This document shows, in pieces, positions 8,135 to 16,464 of a DNA stretch of 41,302 nt. This DNA comes from Bacillota bacterium (GTDB lineage Bacteria > Bacillota_I > Bacilli_A > RFN20 > CAG-826). Both the position numbers and the translations under genes were made by a program. How positions within the stretch are numbered: position 1 is the first letter of the stretch; each line of letters opens with the position of its first letter. The notes under the pieces were generated by a model. It made no database searches and was not told where the DNA came from. It saw only the letters and a list, made by a program, of their open reading frames with translations. The DNA is taken from positions 1 to 41,302 of the forward strand of contig JAEZUH010000005.1 in NCBI GenBank assembly GCA_023443485.1. Reading direction: 5' to 3'.

Positions 8135-10342
8135 ATGAAAAAGAAGCACAAATTTTTAGTTAAAGGGATGACCTGCAGCGCTTGCCAAGCTCATGTCGAA
8201 CACTCGGTAAATAAAATTCATGGAGTAGATAATGTTGTTGTTAATTTAATCAGCAATACTTTGGAATACGAAAGTGATGTTGTGAGCGATAAAACAATCA
8301 TGAATGCCGTCAAACGGGCCGGTTATCAAGCAGTGCCATTTCAAAAAATTGATTATCGAACTCAAGAGAAAAACAAAGGTAAATCTTTGATAATTTCTTT
8401 AGTCCTGTTAGTTTTCTTACTCTACGTTGCAATGGGCCCTATGATTAATCTACCACTCCCACCTTTCTTAACTGATGCGCATGGTGGCATGTATCTCTCT
8501 ATCGCTCAATTTATATTATTAATCCCCATCGTCATATTGAATTTTCGCTATTTCACAAGTGGCTTTAACAAATTATTCCGTTTAAAACCAAACATGGATT
8601 CTCTTGTCGCTCTTGGTTCAACCGCCTCAATTCTATATTCCATCTACTCTTCAGTAATGATTATTATTTCAACGACAAGAAATCAGCCTGAAATGGTCCA
8701 TCATTTTCTCGAACAATTATATTTTGATGGTGCCGGCACAATTCTCACCCTTGTTTCATTAGGAAAATACATCGAATTTAAATCGAAACGTAAAACAAGC
8801 AACGCAATAAGCGATCTATTAAAGCTACAAGGCGACACCGCCATTATTGTTAAAGGCGAGAAAGAAATGATTATTGATATTAAAGATATTCAAGTGGGAG
8901 ACACCATCAAATTGATGGCTGGATATAACGCTCCAGTCGATGGAATAATTAAACAAGGCCATGGTAGTTTCAATGAATCCTCGCTCACTGGAGAAAGTCT
9001 CCCTGTTTTTCATCAAGAAGGTGACAATATCTTGAGTGGTGTGACAAATCTAGATGGATTTATTTTATATGAGGCGACTTCTACATCCGCTAATTCAACT
9101 ATTGCGAGAATTGTAGAAATGGTCAGCGAAGCCTCTTCTTCAAAGGCTCCAATTGCTAAAGTGGTTGATAAAGTGAGTTTAATCTTTGTCCCCATCGTTT
9201 TAGGATTATCATTAATCACCCTTGTTGTGTGGTGGATTTTCTCAAAAAGTTTTGAGCAAGCAATTAGCTTTGCTATCCCAGTTTTAGTAATATCTTGTCC
9301 TTGTGCTCTTGGCTTAGCGACTCCAATTGCGATTATGATATCTACCGGAATGGCGGCCAAAAATCACATTTTAATTCATAATGCGGAAGCTCTTGAAAAT
9401 CTCAGCAAAATTAAAACCATTGTTATGGATAAAACCGGAACCTTGACCAAAGGAGATTTAATGGTTACTCAATTCGTGAGTTTTAATAATCGATTTGCCC
9501 CTTTGCTATATGGTATGGAAAAAGCTTCCTCCCACCCATTAGCTAAAGCAATCATTCGACATTCTGAAGAAGAACTAATCCCTATCGTTAAATTTGATGA
9601 AGTGATTACTGTTCCTGGAAAAGGATTAAAAGGTAAATACCAAAATCAAACACTTTATGCCGGTAATGCTGCATATATCAAAGAAGCAACAGGTCTAGAC
9701 TTTAACTATGAGACTAGCCATTCTTCTTGTGTAATTCTCGCAAGCGAGAAAGAAATATTGGGATATGTTTTGATTAACGATTCTGTCAAAGATTCGAGCA
9801 TTCAAGCGATTAAAGCCTTTCAAAAAGAAGGGATAAAAACCGTGATGTTGACAGGCGACAATAAAGAAAACGCCCACGAGATGAATAAGCTACTTCATAT
9901 TGATGAGATAATTGCCGAAGTTTTACCCGATCAAAAAGCGGATATCATCCGCTCTTATCAAAAAGACGGCATGACTTTAATGGTGGGGGATGGCATCAAT
10001 GATGCTGTCGCTTTAGAAGTCGCTGATGTATCTATGGCAATTGGAGCGGGCAGTGATATCGCAATCAAATCTTCTGATCTGGTTTTGGTTAAAGATGATT
10101 TATTTGATGCCTATCGAGCCTATAAATTGAGTAAAAGAACAATGCGCAATATCAAAATGAATCTCTTCTGGGCCTTTTTCTATAATGTGGTTTCAATCCC
10201 AATAGCGATGGGTGCTTTATATCCAAGTTTCCAAATTTCCCTCGACCCTATGATTGCTGCGTTAGCCATGACTTTCAGCAGTGTCTTTGTCGTTTTGAGC
10301 GCTTCTACCCTCTTCATTGAGAAAAAAGCAAAGAAATCATAG
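8135..10342 (+). CDS. copA: copper(I)-translocating P1B-1-type ATPase (CopA-like)
   Basis: One N-terminal HMA domain (GMTCSACQAHVE). P-type motifs TGES, DKTGTLT and GDGINDAVAL are present. TM6 CPC (SCPCALGLATP), TM7 YN (FFYNVVSIP) and TM8 M-x-x-SS (AMTFSSV) form the Cu(I) signature. ATG 8135 (MKKKHKFLVKG) is preferred to TTG 8096. Confidence 0.9.
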   Translation: MKKKHKFLVKGMTCSACQAHVEHSVNKIHGVDNVVVNLISNTLEYESDVVSDKTIMNAVKRAGYQAVPFQKIDYRTQEKNKGKSLIISLVLLVFLLYVAMGPMINLPLPPFLTDAHGGMYLSIAQFILLIPIVILNFRYFTSGFNKLFRLKPNMDSLVALGSTASILYSIYSSVMIIISTTRNQPEMVHHFLEQLYFDGAGTILTLVSLGKYIEFKSKRKTSNAISDLLKLQGDTAIIVKGEKEMIIDIKDIQVGDTIKLMAGYNAPVDGIIKQGHGSFNESSLTGESLPVFHQEGDNILSGVTNLDGFILYEATSTSANSTIARIVEMVSEASSSKAPIAKVVDKVSLIFVPIVLGLSLITLVVWWIFSKSFEQAISFAIPVLVISCPCALGLATPIAIMISTGMAAKNHILIHNAEALENLSKIKTIVMDKTGTLTKGDLMVTQFVSFNNRFAPLLYGMEKASSHPLAKAIIRHSEEELIPIVKFDEVITVPGKGLKGKYQNQTLYAGNAAYIKEATGLDFNYETSHSSCVILASEKEILGYVLINDSVKDSSIQAIKAFQKEGIKTVMLTGDNKENAHEMNKLLHIDEIIAEVLPDQKADIIRSYQKDGMTLMVGDGINDAVALEVADVSMAIGAGSDIAIKSSDLVLVKDDLFDAYRAYKLSKRTMRNIKMNLFWAFFYNVVSIPIAMGALYPSFQISLDPMIAALAMTFSSVFVVLSASTLFIEKKAKKS

Positions 10343-10392
10343 GAGTACATTTTGTTAGTTCGTGATAAACTGAAAAAAATGGAATAACTATT

Positions 10393-11202
10393 ATGCACGA
10401 TCCAATTCTTATATCAATAATTGCGATATCTTTGATTTTTGTATCAACCACTCTTGGAGCTGGATTGGTCTTCTTCTTTAAAAAAGACCTGACTCCCAAG
10501 ATTCGTTCGATTATCTTAGGTTTTGCTGGAGGAATCATGATTTCCGTCGCATTCTTTGGACTCATTCTTCCCGCAATTTCAGAAAGCCATAAATATTATG
10601 CTGACTGGGCTTTTTTGCCACCTTTAGCTGGCTTTATCTTTGGTGGGTTACTATTATTTGCTTTAGATAAAATTATCCCTCACTTTCACAAGTTAACCAA
10701 CACTGAAGAAGGTTTGCCAAATCGAGCTATTAGCCAAAACATACGTTTCTTTCTCGCTGTTACTATTCATAACATTCCCGAAGGTCTATCGGTTGGTTTT
10801 GCTTGTGGCCTTGCTATCGCTTTAAGAGCCGATCCTGTATTAGCGGCTGCCGCTAGTGCTTCTGCCCTATCACTTGCTATAGGTATTTCTGTACAAAACA
10901 TCCCCGAAGGTGCGGCAATATCTATTCCCATGTTTGGGGATGGAATGAAAAAGTGGAAAGCTTTTTTGTTCGGTGCTTTTTCCGGATTGGTGGAACCAAT
11001 ATTCGCTATTGCAGCTTTATTCTTGGCCCAACTAGTGGTGGTTACACCTTGGTTGTTGGCTTTAGCAGCCGGAGCTATGCTCTATGTCACTCTTGATGAA
11101 ATTATGCCTGAAGCCAGACAAAATGGTTATTCCCATTATTCGATGTGGTCATTCATGATTGGTTTTGTCCTCATGATGGCAATGGAAGTCGCGATTGTTT
11201 AA
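10393..11202 (+). CDS. ZIP family divalent-metal transporter (ZupT-like)
   Basis: Polytopic protein with duplicated HNIPEGLSVG / QNIPEGAAIS motifs characteristic of the ZIP/ZupT metal-binding helices. Confidence 0.85.
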   Translation: MHDPILISIIAISLIFVSTTLGAGLVFFFKKDLTPKIRSIILGFAGGIMISVAFFGLILPAISESHKYYADWAFLPPLAGFIFGGLLLFALDKIIPHFHKLTNTEEGLPNRAISQNIRFFLAVTIHNIPEGLSVGFACGLAIALRADPVLAAAASASALSLAIGISVQNIPEGAAISIPMFGDGMKKWKAFLFGAFSGLVEPIFAIAALFLAQLVVVTPWLLALAAGAMLYVTLDEIMPEARQNGYSHYSMWSFMIGFVLMMAMEVAIV

Positions 11203-11218
11203 AAAGAGGTAAAAATTT

Positions 11219-11479
11219 ATGAACAAAATTATTTTAAAAGTCGAAGGAATGAGTTGTGGAATGTGCGAAGCACATGTCAACGATGCAGTACGAAAAATTA
11301 AAGGTGTCAAAAAAGTTAACGCCGACCGCACAAAAGGCGAAGTAATCGTCATCGGTCAAGATGATACTGAAATCAAAGATATCAAAGATGCAATTTCTCA
11401 ACTGGGTTATCGCGTGATTTCTGAACACAACGAACCATACGAAGAAAAGAGTTTCTTTGATTTTTTACGCAAAAAATAA
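11219..11479 (+). CDS. heavy-metal-associated (HMA) domain metallochaperone, CopZ-like
   Basis: 86 aa with GMSCGMCEAHV (MxCxxC) and a ferredoxin-like HMA pattern. It lies 16 nt after the ZIP gene. Confidence 0.8.
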   Translation: MNKIILKVEGMSCGMCEAHVNDAVRKIKGVKKVNADRTKGEVIVIGQDDTEIKDIKDAISQLGYRVISEHNEPYEEKSFFDFLRKK

Positions 11480-11543
11480 GCGTTTTGATTTCTAAAAACG
11501 TTATTCTCAACCAATAAATACTTTTTATGCTTTGTTAATTACA

Positions 11544-11573
11544 TTGTAATAACAGAACTATTTTTAATATAAT
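11544..11573 (+). promoter_or_regulatory. candidate sigma-A promoter (TTGTAA-18-TATAAT) for the 11600 ORF
   Basis: -35 TTGTAA at 11544-11549 and -10 TATAAT at 11568-11573. SD GAGGAG lies just upstream of ATG 11600. Confidence 0.35.
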
Positions 11574-11599
11574 ATTGTATAAATACTTGAGGAGTAAAG

Positions 11600-12265
11600 A
11601 TGGCGTTTGAAAGAAGAGAAGGCAATATCGGAGGAAACATAACTAGATATGCAGATAGGCATTTAACAAAATGTCCTTACTGCAAAGCTATTCATCCTCT
11701 TTGGTTGAGCGATGCGAAACCAATTAAAATTGAGGGAGAAAACGACTCAATTTCTTTTCAATTTAAGTGTCATCGTTGCAATGGAATCATCGAGTATGTT
11801 AGCGAAAGCGAAAAAGCTTTTGAAATAAATGACGAATTCAAGAGCATTAAAATGATTGATCCAGGTCGTGGCACCAACAATCTCAACCTCCTAAACGTTT
11901 CTTTGTCTCCTGACCAAATATACGCGCTTATTAACAATTTTGGGGTGACGACAACCAGTCAACACGTCTCCGGAGCTGAGTACTCAAAAACCAAAGATTC
12001 AAAAGTTCAAAATGATCCTCGAAAAACTCACGCCTTAATTGGTATGATTCTTGGCATTTTTGGATTGGCTTCTTGCTTTTTCTATGGTACTGGTGTTCTT
12101 TATTGTATTCCTGGATTAGTGCTTTCTATTATGGGTTTAAAGAGCACAAAAAATCACGGCAAAGCCGTTGCTGGTTTAACAACTTCTATTATTGGACTGG
12201 CTTTGGTTGGATTAGCTATTATTCTAGGGGCTTTAACCTGGCTGCCAATACTCATTTTCTTTTAG
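11600..12265 (+). CDS. hypothetical membrane protein: N-terminal CxxC...CxxC zinc-ribbon-like region plus C-terminal DUF4190-like glycine-rich TM helices
   Basis: CPYC (residues about 25-28) and CHRC (about 57-60) suggest a zinc ribbon. The C-terminus (ALIGMILGIFGLASCFFYGTGVLYCIPGLVLSIMGL...AGLTTSIIGLALVGLAIILG) resembles DUF4190-type helices. Confidence 0.5.
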   Translation: MAFERREGNIGGNITRYADRHLTKCPYCKAIHPLWLSDAKPIKIEGENDSISFQFKCHRCNGIIEYVSESEKAFEINDEFKSIKMIDPGRGTNNLNLLNVSLSPDQIYALINNFGVTTTSQHVSGAEYSKTKDSKVQNDPRKTHALIGMILGIFGLASCFFYGTGVLYCIPGLVLSIMGLKSTKNHGKAVAGLTTSIIGLALVGLAIILGALTWLPILIFF

Positions 12266-12328
12266 AAGAAGATTAATATTAAAAGACAATTTCTGATTAT
12301 ATGTTATCTTCCTTTTACCATTTTTTGA

Positions 12329-12337
12329 TGGTATACT
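12329..12337 (+). promoter_or_regulatory. extended -10 promoter element (TGgTATACT) upstream of wzx
   Basis: TG at 12329-12330, one spacer nt, then TATACT at 12332-12337. GGAG SD lies at about 12351, before ATG 12362. Confidence 0.35.
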
Positions 12338-12361
12338 TTGTTCTATTGTTGGAGAAAAAAT

Positions 12362-13792
12362 ATGGAAAAAGGCTCGATAAATTGGCAAAGAATACTTCCA
12401 ATACTATTATCTGCTTTGTCAGCTGGTTTATCATTATTGACCACTTTTTTTATAGCCAGACCTTTAGGCGCCGAAGAATTTGGAAAAGTCCAGTTTTATG
12501 TTGGCGTCATTCAAGTTCTTAGTATTGCTACCGCTCTTGGTCTCCCTGATTTCTTAACAAAGAATGCACAATTTGCGCAGAATAAGAAAGCGTTTTTTTC
12601 CAAGTATTTTTTACTTGTTTGCTGCTGGAGCATCATAATTTTTCCTATTTTCTTTTCTATCTCTTATTTTTTCCTGCACTCATTTGAGAGAAACATCATT
12701 TTAATTGTAGCAACTGGCTTAGCTTCTTTCGCTCAATGTGTTTGCATGCTGATTGGCGGTTTTTTCCTGGGAATTTTTAAACAAACCAAAGCCATTCTTT
12801 TTGAAAACTTACTCCCTAAACTTGTATTTTTTCTTTTTGCTCTTACTTTGATAGTGGTTTTTTCAATTAGAGAAGGATTCTCAACATATTATGTCTATGG
12901 TTTTTTGGCGATTTACGGAACCACCACTTTAATTTTTATTTTTTCACTTGTCCGTAGGTCATCTTTTAAATTTACCAAGAAAGAGGTCATTTCGATTCTT
13001 TCATTTTTTGCTTTGAGCGCGACATATGGTTTTAACACCGCTTTAGGAAAAATCATTGGTTCAGAATACTATAATTCCTTTTCAGGCGTTGGTGCTTATT
13101 CATTAAGTGCTCAAATTGCATTATTGGCCACACTTTTTACCGAGGTAATCAATTCAATGTCCAAGCCAGTTTTTTCATCTCTGGCTAAGGATAAAAACAA
13201 ATTAATAAATTATTTTCAGAAAATAACGCGAGTTAACAGTTACATTGTAATTCCTTTTTGCATGGGGATTATTGTTCAATCAGAAACATTGTTGTCATTG
13301 TTTGGCGAGTCCTACGCGCCTTTTTTTATGATACTAGTCATTATGGGTTTGGGGACTTTGCTAACTAGTATTACTGGCCCTAATGGCAACATGCTGGCAA
13401 TGGCGGGGCACGAGAAACTAGAAGTAGTAAATGGTATCATCAATATTGTGATTTTTTTAATTGCATCATTTAGTTTTGTTTTCCTTGGCAGTTTGGGATT
13501 AGCTCTCGCTACTTTTGTTTCTCTTGTTACAGTGAAAATAATTAAGCTAATTGAGATGTGGGTGGTATATAAAACAAATCCTTTCCCATGGAAGCTCCTT
13601 GAACATATTCTTATTTTAATTGTCGCTTCTTTGGTGGTTTTTAGCATTGTTAACCGCATTCCAAATATTTACATCAAACTCGGAGTTGATTGCGTGGTTG
13701 GAATAACATTAATTGTCCTGAATTTTGTCATCAATCCTTATAAAGATGACAAATACTTTTTCAGTAACAGAGATAAAATAGATAGTCATTAA
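12362..13792 (+). CDS. wzx: oligosaccharide/polysaccharide flippase (Wzx, MOP superfamily)
   Basis: About 476 aa with about 12-14 hydrophobic helices and the N-terminal pattern typical of PST-family flippases (ILPILLSALSAGLSLLTTFFIARPLGAEEFG). ATG 12362 has a GGAG SD, so the track's 12338 start is rejected. Confidence 0.7.
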   Translation: MEKGSINWQRILPILLSALSAGLSLLTTFFIARPLGAEEFGKVQFYVGVIQVLSIATALGLPDFLTKNAQFAQNKKAFFSKYFLLVCCWSIIIFPIFFSISYFFLHSFERNIILIVATGLASFAQCVCMLIGGFFLGIFKQTKAILFENLLPKLVFFLFALTLIVVFSIREGFSTYYVYGFLAIYGTTTLIFIFSLVRRSSFKFTKKEVISILSFFALSATYGFNTALGKIIGSEYYNSFSGVGAYSLSAQIALLATLFTEVINSMSKPVFSSLAKDKNKLINYFQKITRVNSYIVIPFCMGIIVQSETLLSLFGESYAPFFMILVIMGLGTLLTSITGPNGNMLAMAGHEKLEVVNGIINIVIFLIASFSFVFLGSLGLALATFVSLVTVKIIKLIEMWVVYKTNPFPWKLLEHILILIVASLVVFSIVNRIPNIYIKLGVDCVVGITLIVLNFVINPYKDDKYFFSNRDKIDSH

Positions 13793-14437
13793 CAGTAAAA
13801 ACAGGATTCTTTCTGTGCTTTTTTGATCTTCTATAACGCTTCATCATTTTTATTTTTTTGTCTAATTAACCAAACTTATAAAATAGTTTTCTTCCACTAT
13901 TGACCCTAGAAAGCAAAACTTTGATATTTTTGATCTTGGATAATCAAATTGTAAAAGGCCACAAGTCTTTTTGGTCTTTGTATTACTCATCAAAAATATA
14001 GTTTATGAGAACATGGTTTGACTATTGTCTAAATTTAGATTTAACTCTCGCAGTTGAACTAAGAGTTGCAATATCAGTAGAACTTTAATCAATCGACAAT
14101 ACAAAACCTAATAATCTAGATTACTTTCCCCAATTTGTTTAATAGGAACAACTTTTCCTAGTCGGTCAATTGGCTATAAAAGTATTTTTTTGGAGAAGTT
14201 AATAAGCAAAAAATAAGTAAGAGGCCAAATAATAAAAAATGAGCAATTCAAAAGCGATAATTATTGCTAATTGAATGATTGAAAAAACATGCTTTTTTAA
14301 TAAAATTCAAAAAATAGTTACGTTTTGTTGACGGCAAAATGAAAGTGATAAACCTGCAACATTTAAAATAATACCTAATGTTTTTAAGAATATTAAGGTT
14401 CTTAAATAGAAAATGTTTTAACTAAAAGATTGTATTG

Positions 14438-14466
14438 TTGCAAATTTAATAAATGTTAAAATAATA
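14438..14466 (+). promoter_or_regulatory. candidate promoter TTGCAA-17-ATAATA for the REC/HK module
   Basis: -35 at 14438-14443, a 17-nt spacer, and -10 at 14461-14466. SD AAAGGGG follows at 14467-14473, before ATG 14482. Confidence 0.3.
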
Positions 14467-14481
14467 AAGGGGAAAATTCAT

Positions 14482-15186
14482 ATGTGCTGCTTTTTCAATT
14501 ATTCATGCATTAAGAAATTTCAAACTCTTGATGATATAAAATCAAAAAAATTGGGTAACGATCTAAACATTCCAAAAGAAAAAATAAAAATATGCATAAT
14601 TGATGACGAGTCATTTCCTTGTGACTCATTAAAAAGACTTGGGTTTTCGAACATTACTGTTCTTGAAGATTGTCCAAACGATATTAACGAATTATCCGAA
14701 TTTAATATTGTTCTTGTTGATGTGAGAGGTGTCGCTACAAAAATCAATCAAAAAGAACAAGGCCTTGCTTATGCAAAAACACTGAAAAGGGAGTTCCCTT
14801 TTATCCATGTTTTGCTTTACACTGCAATTCAACCAAAAATTTTGGGTGATGTTCCAGATAGTATTCCTGTCATTTATAAGAGCATTCCTTATGATCAAAT
14901 AGCTTTAAAACTTGACGAAATTAGAAAACAAATAAGTGATCCCAAATATTTATGGGGTGTCATTGAGTCCTATTTACTTGAAAATGGGTATTCTCATAGA
15001 GATTTGGCAATTGTGGAAGACATTTATTGTAAGTCTATTTCAAATAAAATAGACTACAAAGAAATACAAAGCAAGTTCGCCGGAATTTCATTCATGAAAA
15101 AAAGCAAAGAAACAACAAAGTTTTTATCAAGATGTTCTTATTTACTAGGTGCATTAATAGCTGGCTATGTTGAGTATAATAACTGA
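14482..15186 (+). CDS. receiver (CheY-like REC) domain protein with an uncharacterised C-terminal helical domain and no DNA-binding output
   Basis: REC landmarks are spaced as in CheY: acidic pair D41-D42 (KICIIDDE), candidate phospho-acceptor D80 (NIVLVDV; codon gat 14719-14721), T114 (VLLYTA) and K133 (VIYKSIP). Residues about 150-234 match nothing I recognise and end in a hydrophobic helix (YLLGALIAGYV). A good SD is present. Confidence 0.55.
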   Translation: MCCFFNYSCIKKFQTLDDIKSKKLGNDLNIPKEKIKICIIDDESFPCDSLKRLGFSNITVLEDCPNDINELSEFNIVLVDVRGVATKINQKEQGLAYAKTLKREFPFIHVLLYTAIQPKILGDVPDSIPVIYKSIPYDQIALKLDEIRKQISDPKYLWGVIESYLLENGYSHRDLAIVEDIYCKSISNKIDYKEIQSKFAGISFMKKSKETTKFLSRCSYLLGALIAGYVEYNN

Positions 15187-16435
15187 TCCCCTATTATTGA
15201 AAGAAAAATTGGGTAATTCCGAAAATATATCGGAATTTTACTCTTTTTTTTCTTGTGCTTTTTGCAAGTCACATATAGCAAAAAATGATTCAAAGTGTTT
15301 GTCTTTTATGAAATTCATTATTAATTCCTCTGGAGAAAAAATCGAACAATGTCCATATGGATATTATGTTTATAAAGATTATTTTTCGAGTTTTTTTATT
15401 AATGGCATTGTTAGCGACAAATGTAATATACCGACTTTAAAATATAGATCAAGGCATATATATAAAGAAAAATTCATTGTCCATAATCATGAAATTTTGT
15501 TCGAAAAAATTAAAACATATGTCCAGTGCCAATATCTTTTTGACACTATTAATTTAATTACCCATGATATCGGAGGTGCTTTGAAATACCTCAATAATCT
15601 TGCCGCCATACAAAAAGATAAATATATCAACAATAATAGCAAAGTGAAATGTTTATTATTTTACAATAATATTTCTGAAAAAATTACATATCTTCTCGAG
15701 AAATATAAAGAAAAAATATCATTTGATATTGCGACTGACTATAAAAAAATCTTTGCTGACCTACAAGAATCAATTCGAGCAGTAAAAAACATAATTATAG
15801 TTGGAGAAAATAATGCAAAAACAATAAGAGAAAATTTAAACAAAAAACATGACGAAGCATATAAATATTGTCCAGAGTACACCTGTTTTGAAGGTTTTTC
15901 GCTTTTACTTTCGCTTTTAAAACGAGACATTATTACATATTCTTCCAGCACTTATAAACAAAAGATTAAAGATTTAAAAGTATATGGAATGATCGAGAAA
16001 ATCAAACGAATAACAACCAAAAAAGCTGAAATTTCTAAAGTGTCAATTGAATCAATTAAATGCGACTGCAAAAGTAAAACAATTAAAACCATTGATGAAG
16101 TTTATCTTGCTGTTTTTACCATTATTGATAATGCAATTAAATACTGCAAAAAACATGACAAGATTTTCATTTCAGTACAAGATTTAGGCGATGATTTTGT
16201 GGTGGTTAATGTTTCAAACAAGAGCGATTTTTTAAGCAAAGAAGATGTCAACAGAGTGTTTGATATGGGTTATCGAGGAACAAACGGAAACGGAAAAGAT
16301 GGGAGTGGACTGGGTCTTTTTCTTGTCCAAAAGATAATGAACTCTGCTAATTCTTATGTTGGTGCTAACTATGATTCCGCTTCTTCTATTTTTACTATTT
16401 CAATGAAAATTAGAAATATTAGAAATATCAAATGA
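15167..16435 (+). CDS. soluble histidine-kinase-like ATPase (HATPase_c) with a Cys-rich N-terminal sensor region
   Basis: No TM helix. N-terminal cysteines are C30-x2-C33, C44 and C62 (FSCAFCKSH...KC...EQCPYGYYVY), which is tentatively PocR-like. Candidate H-box is LITHDIGGALKYL (H133). N-box is FTIIDNAIKYC. The F/G2 region is VFDMGYRG-x8-GSGLGLFLVQKIM. The start overlaps the upstream ORF by 20 nt. Confidence 0.65.
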   Translation: MLSIITDPLLLKEKLGNSENISEFYSFFSCAFCKSHIAKNDSKCLSFMKFIINSSGEKIEQCPYGYYVYKDYFSSFFINGIVSDKCNIPTLKYRSRHIYKEKFIVHNHEILFEKIKTYVQCQYLFDTINLITHDIGGALKYLNNLAAIQKDKYINNNSKVKCLLFYNNISEKITYLLEKYKEKISFDIATDYKKIFADLQESIRAVKNIIIVGENNAKTIRENLNKKHDEAYKYCPEYTCFEGFSLLLSLLKRDIITYSSSTYKQKIKDLKVYGMIEKIKRITTKKAEISKVSIESIKCDCKSKTIKTIDEVYLAVFTIIDNAIKYCKKHDKIFISVQDLGDDFVVVNVSNKSDFLSKEDVNRVFDMGYRGTNGNGKDGSGLGLFLVQKIMNSANSYVGANYDSASSIFTISMKIRNIRNIK

Positions 16436-16464
16436 TTTTTATTCTTTTTCCTTTTTTTCTTCAT

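Noticed and set aside
12073-12522. Same-strand alternative-frame ORFs 12073-12276 and 12301-12522, plus 22567-22752, 26479-26667, 31927-32235, 33756-33989, 37145-37348, 39063-39251 and 39558-39806
   Set aside because: These are out-of-frame overlaps of well-supported genes. Their products are Cys/Trp/Tyr-rich nonsense-like sequences without motifs.
14111-14173. Minus-strand reading PIDRLGKVVPIKQIGESNLDY, reminiscent of the DRLGR motif of serine recombinases
   Set aside because: It is a single 5-residue resemblance flanked by stops, with no other resolvase motifs on either side. It is too short to distinguish from chance without a database search.
15244-15251. Homopolymer runs of 8 nt as possible phase-variation switches: T8 in the HK-like gene at 15244-15251, A8 in the 31461 ORF near 31881-31888, T8 at about 17649-17656 in the FrhB-like gene, and T8 in feoB near 6956-6963
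   Set aside because: Runs of 7-8 A or T are expected frequently at this AT content and also occur in housekeeping genes. None is unusually long (10 or more), and I cannot show length variation from a single sequence.
16270-16430. Short tandem duplications: AACGGA x2 at about 16283-16294, and TAGAAATAT x2 near 16411-16428
   Set aside because: There are only two copies of each. They sit in frame within the HK-like ORF (encoding NGNG and RNIRNI). This is not a repeat array or a CRISPR.
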